Source: an uncultured archaeon (GTDB lineage Archaea; Asgardarchaeota; Lokiarchaeia; Sigyniarchaeales; SOKP01). From it: 10,440 nucleotides of DNA. Position numbers and translations under genes: made by a program. The stretch is from positions 1 to 10,440 of the forward strand of contig CAYUTF010000102.1 in assembly GCA_964447495.1 (NCBI GenBank), read 5' to 3'. This document shows positions 6,693 through 10,440 of this stretch, one piece after another. Position 1 is the stretch's first letter; each line of letters begins with the position of its first letter. Under the pieces are notes generated by a model. The model was not told where the DNA came from, did no database searches, and worked only from the letters and a program-made list of their open reading frames with translations.

Positions 6693-7697
6693 ATGACATT
6701 TAATATTGAAACACGAAAAGTACAACAAACTGGTGGCAGTAGTTATATAGTTTCACTTCCCAAAGAGTGGATTGATCGCCATGGAATTCAAGCAAAAGAC
6801 ACAGTAGGAATATTATCTCAACCAGATGGAAATTTAATGATAACTCCGTACATAAATGCTCAACAATACGTTAAAGAGAGAACATTTGATTTAGATGAGA
6901 TAAAAGATTCTGATTTCTTATTCCGTTTATTAATAGGAGCATACATAATGGGTTATAGTATAATTAAAATTAAATCAAGTAAAAAGATTCAACATAAAAT
7001 GAGAGATTGCATCGAAAGTTTCATCAATGTAGCTATGGGTCCCGAAATAATTGAGGAAACCAGCAATACTATTCTTATCAAAGATTTACTTGATCCAAAA
7101 GAAATGCCTTTTGATAAAACTATAAAAAGGATGTATATATTAGCTCAAAATATGCACGAAGATGCCGTCAGGGCTTTGGAAAATGGGGATAAAACCCTAG
7201 CCGAACAAGTTATCAATAGAGACGATCAAATAGACAGATTGAACTGGTTAGTCGAACGCCAGGCACACATAGTATTACGAGATATAATATTATGCCAAAA
7301 AATGAATATAACATTAGAAGATGCCAGCAATTATCAATTGATCAGTAGATTTTTAGAACGAATTGCTGATCATGCTGTTAAAATTGCTAAGAATGTGTTA
7401 AAGGTTAACTTTAATAAAATTAGTAAAGAATTATTAAATGAGATTACAAGTGTTAGTAAACTTTCTTTAGATTTATTAAATCTAAGTTTAGATGCTTGGC
7501 TTCAAAAAAGTTTGAGTTTAGCAAACGAGAATATTAAATCGATTGAAAAACTAATATCTGAATGTGAAAAAATAGAGTTCAATTCAACTAATACTGCCGA
7601 ATATGCTGTTGAAATTGGTTATATAATAGAAAGTATAAGAAGGACCGGTGAATATTCATCAGATATTTCAGAAATAATCATAAATAATCTGATATGA
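6693..7697 (+). CDS. phoU: Archaeal phosphate uptake regulator: N-terminal AbrB/MazE/SpoVT DNA-binding domain plus PhoU repeats
   Basis: N-terminal ETRKVQQTGGSSYIVSLPKEW (AbrB-like). PhoU motifs RDDQIDRL, LERIADHAVKIA and IRRTGEYSSDISE. Confidence 0.93.
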   Translation: MTFNIETRKVQQTGGSSYIVSLPKEWIDRHGIQAKDTVGILSQPDGNLMITPYINAQQYVKERTFDLDEIKDSDFLFRLLIGAYIMGYSIIKIKSSKKIQHKMRDCIESFINVAMGPEIIEETSNTILIKDLLDPKEMPFDKTIKRMYILAQNMHEDAVRALENGDKTLAEQVINRDDQIDRLNWLVERQAHIVLRDIILCQKMNITLEDASNYQLISRFLERIADHAVKIAKNVLKVNFNKISKELLNEITSVSKLSLDLLNLSLDAWLQKSLSLANENIKSIEKLISECEKIEFNSTNTAEYAVEIGYIIESIRRTGEYSSDISEIIINNLI

Positions 7698-7708
7698 TGG
7701 AATCTATG

Positions 7709-8401
7709 TTATAACGATTCAGTACTAGTCACTAATACCATTATATAGTCCGCTACACCTTCAATTGAGTCTGAAATTGCTTCAAGAATATCGAAGGTAT
7801 TACCAACAGTAAAAACCGTAAATTGATTGACGTCATAATTGGTCTGTTGGAGGCTTTGTCTTAGTTTAATATTAAGTAAATCAATAGTATGTTCATATTG
7901 ATTAATTTGGTTTGAATATTCATTAAGATTTTTTCGTTCTTCAAGTAGATCTATTAAAATTTTATCTAAATATGATGCGCATGTTATAGTTGTCTCCATC
8001 ATTTCAAGAACTATTTGAATAGTTTCTTCACTAGATTGATCCCAAAATCTTTCTGGTACCGTACTAATTCTTCTTGCTACACCTGTACAACAATTAGCTA
8101 CATCATCCATTCTTTTTACTAAATGAGATAAATTTTGCCTAACACTTGGATTTAATTCACCAACACTTACGTCTTTTTGAATCTCTCTTCTCAATTTATC
8201 TGCATTATTTTCAATTATGTCAACCTGATGAAACACATCATGGGCTTTTTCAGGATTTCTTTCTTTCAATAAGATTATCAACCCTTTTCCTAGTTCTTCT
8301 ACACATGATTGAACAACTTTAGCATGCTTTATAGATTTCTCTAAAGCATTTAATGCAGTTTCCCTTTTTAAAAACTCTATAAGTGACCCCATTTTAACCA
8401 C
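7709..8401 (-). CDS. DUF47 / PhoU-like phosphate transport regulator
   Basis: ENNADKLRR, RMDDVAN, YEHTIDLL and ISDSIEGVADYI match the DUF47 acidic motifs. Directly downstream of a PiT gene, the usual context. GTG start; ATG alternative at 8392. Confidence 0.88.
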   Translation of the reverse strand: MVKMGSLIEFLKRETALNALEKSIKHAKVVQSCVEELGKGLIILLKERNPEKAHDVFHQVDIIENNADKLRREIQKDVSVGELNPSVRQNLSHLVKRMDDVANCCTGVARRISTVPERFWDQSSEETIQIVLEMMETTITCASYLDKILIDLLEERKNLNEYSNQINQYEHTIDLLNIKLRQSLQQTNYDVNQFTVFTVGNTFDILEAISDSIEGVADYIMVLVTSTESL

Positions 8402-8459
8402 TAAATTTTATTTTCAATTATTATTATTATACAATAGATAATCATACATATATAGTTTA

Positions 8460-9491
8460 TCAGACAAACCCAAAAGAACCCAATCCATAATATAGTAATC
8501 CAGATAATATTCCTGCTATTGGAAATGTTAATATCCAATATAATGCCATTTTACCTAACGCTCTATAATCAATATCTTTTTTTTGAGCAAGACTAAGACC
8601 TAATATACAAAATACTATAACATGACTATGAGATATAGGTAATCCAAAGAGTGTAGCAATCATTAAAATGACTGCAGAACTTGATTGGATAATTATACCT
8701 TCACTTGGACGGGATTCAATCATCTGTGAAGCAAGATTTTTTATCACATATCGAGCAGCAACATAAATTCCAAAAAATGCAAATATTCCACAGACTACAG
8801 AAAAAGTGAAGTATTGTTGTATATTTAAGGATCCATTATCTAATAACCCGAAAAGTATTCCTAAAGCCTCTCCAGAATTAGCTCCAACCCATATCTCTGC
8901 AAATATTACTACCACAAGTAAAATCCATTTAAAATATCTTTCAGATAGTTCGATTTGATTTAACCCTTTTAAACGGGATAAATATAATTTAGCAATAAGT
9001 TTAAAAAATACAAAAGTGATAATAAGCCCAAATAAAGGAGATAAGAACCAGCTGAGAACTACATTTCCTAATTTGTCCCAATTAAATGCAGTTCCTAAAT
9101 TAATACTCCCTTGGAATATGGCATAAATGATTACCACTCCAACAACACTCCCTATTAATGAATGAGTACTACTTAGAGGAATACCTGCAAAACTCCCAAT
9201 AACCAGCCATAATATACTGCTTATCAATACGGTTAGTAACATAAAATCTGTATATTGTATTCCTTCACCTAAGATATCAGCACCTACAGTTTTAGCAACA
9301 TACCCTCCACTAAAAAAAATCATCCCAGAACCAATGGCAATTCCTCCGATAATAAGCGCAATCTTAAATTTTAATACTCCAGCACCGACTAAAGCGGATA
9401 AGGTCTCATCATTAGCTCCGATTGAAAATGCAAGTGCAATAGCCATTACAACCAGAATTATAACTAAAATAGAAATAATATCGTTTGCCAT
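8460..9491 (-). CDS. pit: PiT/PHO4-family inorganic phosphate (anion) transporter, divergent
   Basis: N-terminal IGAND and GIPLSSTHSLIG. C-terminal repeat VGANSG and GLPISHSH, then LYWILTFPIAG. About 10 hydrophobic segments. Flanked by DUF47-like genes. Confidence 0.9.
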   Translation of the reverse strand: MANDIISILVIILVVMAIALAFSIGANDETLSALVGAGVLKFKIALIIGGIAIGSGMIFFSGGYVAKTVGADILGEGIQYTDFMLLTVLISSILWLVIGSFAGIPLSSTHSLIGSVVGVVIIYAIFQGSINLGTAFNWDKLGNVVLSWFLSPLFGLIITFVFFKLIAKLYLSRLKGLNQIELSERYFKWILLVVVIFAEIWVGANSGEALGILFGLLDNGSLNIQQYFTFSVVCGIFAFFGIYVAARYVIKNLASQMIESRPSEGIIIQSSSAVILMIATLFGLPISHSHVIVFCILGLSLAQKKDIDYRALGKMALYWILTFPIAGILSGLLYYGLGSFGFV

Positions 9492-9512
9492 TATACTTCG
9501 TTATTTTTGAGA

Positions 9513-10184
9513 TTAATCAAAGATTAAATACTTTGTTGCTAAAAATTGGATATATTCGGAAAAACTTTTAATATGGTCAGCCAACATCATGATATCTTCA
9601 ATCATTTCCTTCAGATATAAAAATGTTCTTGATAAATAATCCATATCATAATTATATAACCGATTTAATAGTCTAAATTCTTCCCGTCTCATCTTTCGCC
9701 TTTCATCTTTGACCTCCTCACAAATCGAGTAAGCATCCTTTAAGTCTGATCCGATTAATTTTACCGCTTTTGCCAAATTAACTGAGATGAATCTTAAAGA
9801 TTTGAGAATACTTAAAACATCGAGCTTAAATTCTTTATCAGGAAATAGAACTTTATAGAGAAGGAGTTTATTTGCCATAAATTCTCCAATATTCTTTACG
9901 TCATTTATTTTAGAGAATATTTTTAATCGATCCTTTTTTGAAAACATCAATTTAGATTTAAATATCCTATTTTCAAATGTTTTTTTTATCTGAACTTCTG
10001 TATTTGTATCGATAACATAGTTTAACTTCTTTTTAAACTTTGTAAAATCCTCTTCCACAAGGGATTCAATTCCTTCAATTAATTCTAAGTTTTGTTCATT
10101 AATATTATCCATAAATAACCGAGTTAGTTCATCAATACTCAATTTACTTAATCTTTTTTCATCTAATTCAGACATACACATCAA
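9513..10184 (-). CDS. Divergent DUF47/PhoU-fold helical protein
   Basis: Similar size to DUF47 and all-helical in character. KKDRLKIFSKINDV and LKEMIEDIMMLADHIKSFSEYI align by eye with DUF47 helices. Lies 21 bp upstream of the PiT gene. Confidence 0.65.
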   Translation of the reverse strand: MMCMSELDEKRLSKLSIDELTRLFMDNINEQNLELIEGIESLVEEDFTKFKKKLNYVIDTNTEVQIKKTFENRIFKSKLMFSKKDRLKIFSKINDVKNIGEFMANKLLLYKVLFPDKEFKLDVLSILKSLRFISVNLAKAVKLIGSDLKDAYSICEEVKDERRKMRREEFRLLNRLYNYDMDYLSRTFLYLKEMIEDIMMLADHIKSFSEYIQFLATKYLIFD

Positions 10185-10344
10185 TTCCTGAAATTTCTAA
10201 AGTTAGATATTTTAAGTATAATATTTTTAATATTCATATTCCAAATTGATTTTCTATAAATCTTTATAATCCTTTTTTCAAAATATATTTTTAACTTTAA
10301 TTTGTTAATCTAGAAATATTTTTAAAAATGAAAAATTTGGATTT

Positions 10345-10440
10345 TTACATAACGAAGTTCTTTTTAATGCTTATGAATGTAGTTGTTGCTTCAATCCATT
10401 CTATTAACTCATGATCCGCTCTACAAAAGCTAAGAATGGT
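10345..10440 (-). CDS. 3' end of a gene entering from the right edge; possibly an Lrp/AsnC-type C-terminal domain
   Basis: Open frame ...TILSFCRADHELIEWIEATTTFISIKKNFVM* with TAA at 10347-10345. This stretch is richer in GC than the neighbouring spacer. WIEATTTFIS loosely resembles the last strand of Lrp/AsnC ligand-binding domains. Only 31 codons are visible. Confidence 0.45.
   Translation of the reverse strand, partial: TILSFCRADHELIEWIEATTTFISIKKNFVM

Noticed and set aside
6744-6750. CTATATA/TATATAG copies inside coding regions (also 41-47 and 7742-7748)
   Set aside because: Isolated and unphased, as expected by chance in AT-rich DNA. Single heptamers are weak evidence, so only the clustered intergenic copies are reported.
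10185-10344. Very AT-rich spacer as a possible ncRNA, origin or repeat array
   Set aside because: No stable stems, tRNA features or regular repeats. It is consistent with an ordinary terminator and promoter region.
10328-10414. 28-codon plus-strand ORF (MKNLDFYITK...)
   Set aside because: Very short, and it overlaps the more plausible minus-strand gene end.

Overview
AT-rich, archaeal-looking DNA. A Rab-like small GTPase with no prenylation tail and an AbrB-PhoU regulator suggest an Asgard/Lokiarchaeia-like source (inference). The window is a phosphate-homeostasis locus. On the left is a high-affinity Pst ABC system: pstS plus one long minus-strand ORF (2109 to <1, at least 703 codons, missing from the ORF track) that fuses PstC and PstA through about four extra TM helices. 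On the right, an AbrB-PhoU regulator converges on a DUF47 / PiT / DUF47 cluster. The PiT has a degenerate second signature motif, and one DUF47 lacks the acidic motifs. Between the two halves are a Rab-like GTPase, a membrane-anchored C45 Ntn-hydrolase and an ~8-TM protein. The best non-coding signal is a CTATATA-type heptamer. It is repeated at 10-11 bp phase upstream of phoU, a 23-bp block containing it is 20/23 identical upstream of pstS and phoU, and further copies precede pstCA and DUF47. It is a candidate archaeal Pho-box-like operator. No RNA genes, CRISPR arrays or mobile elements were seen.
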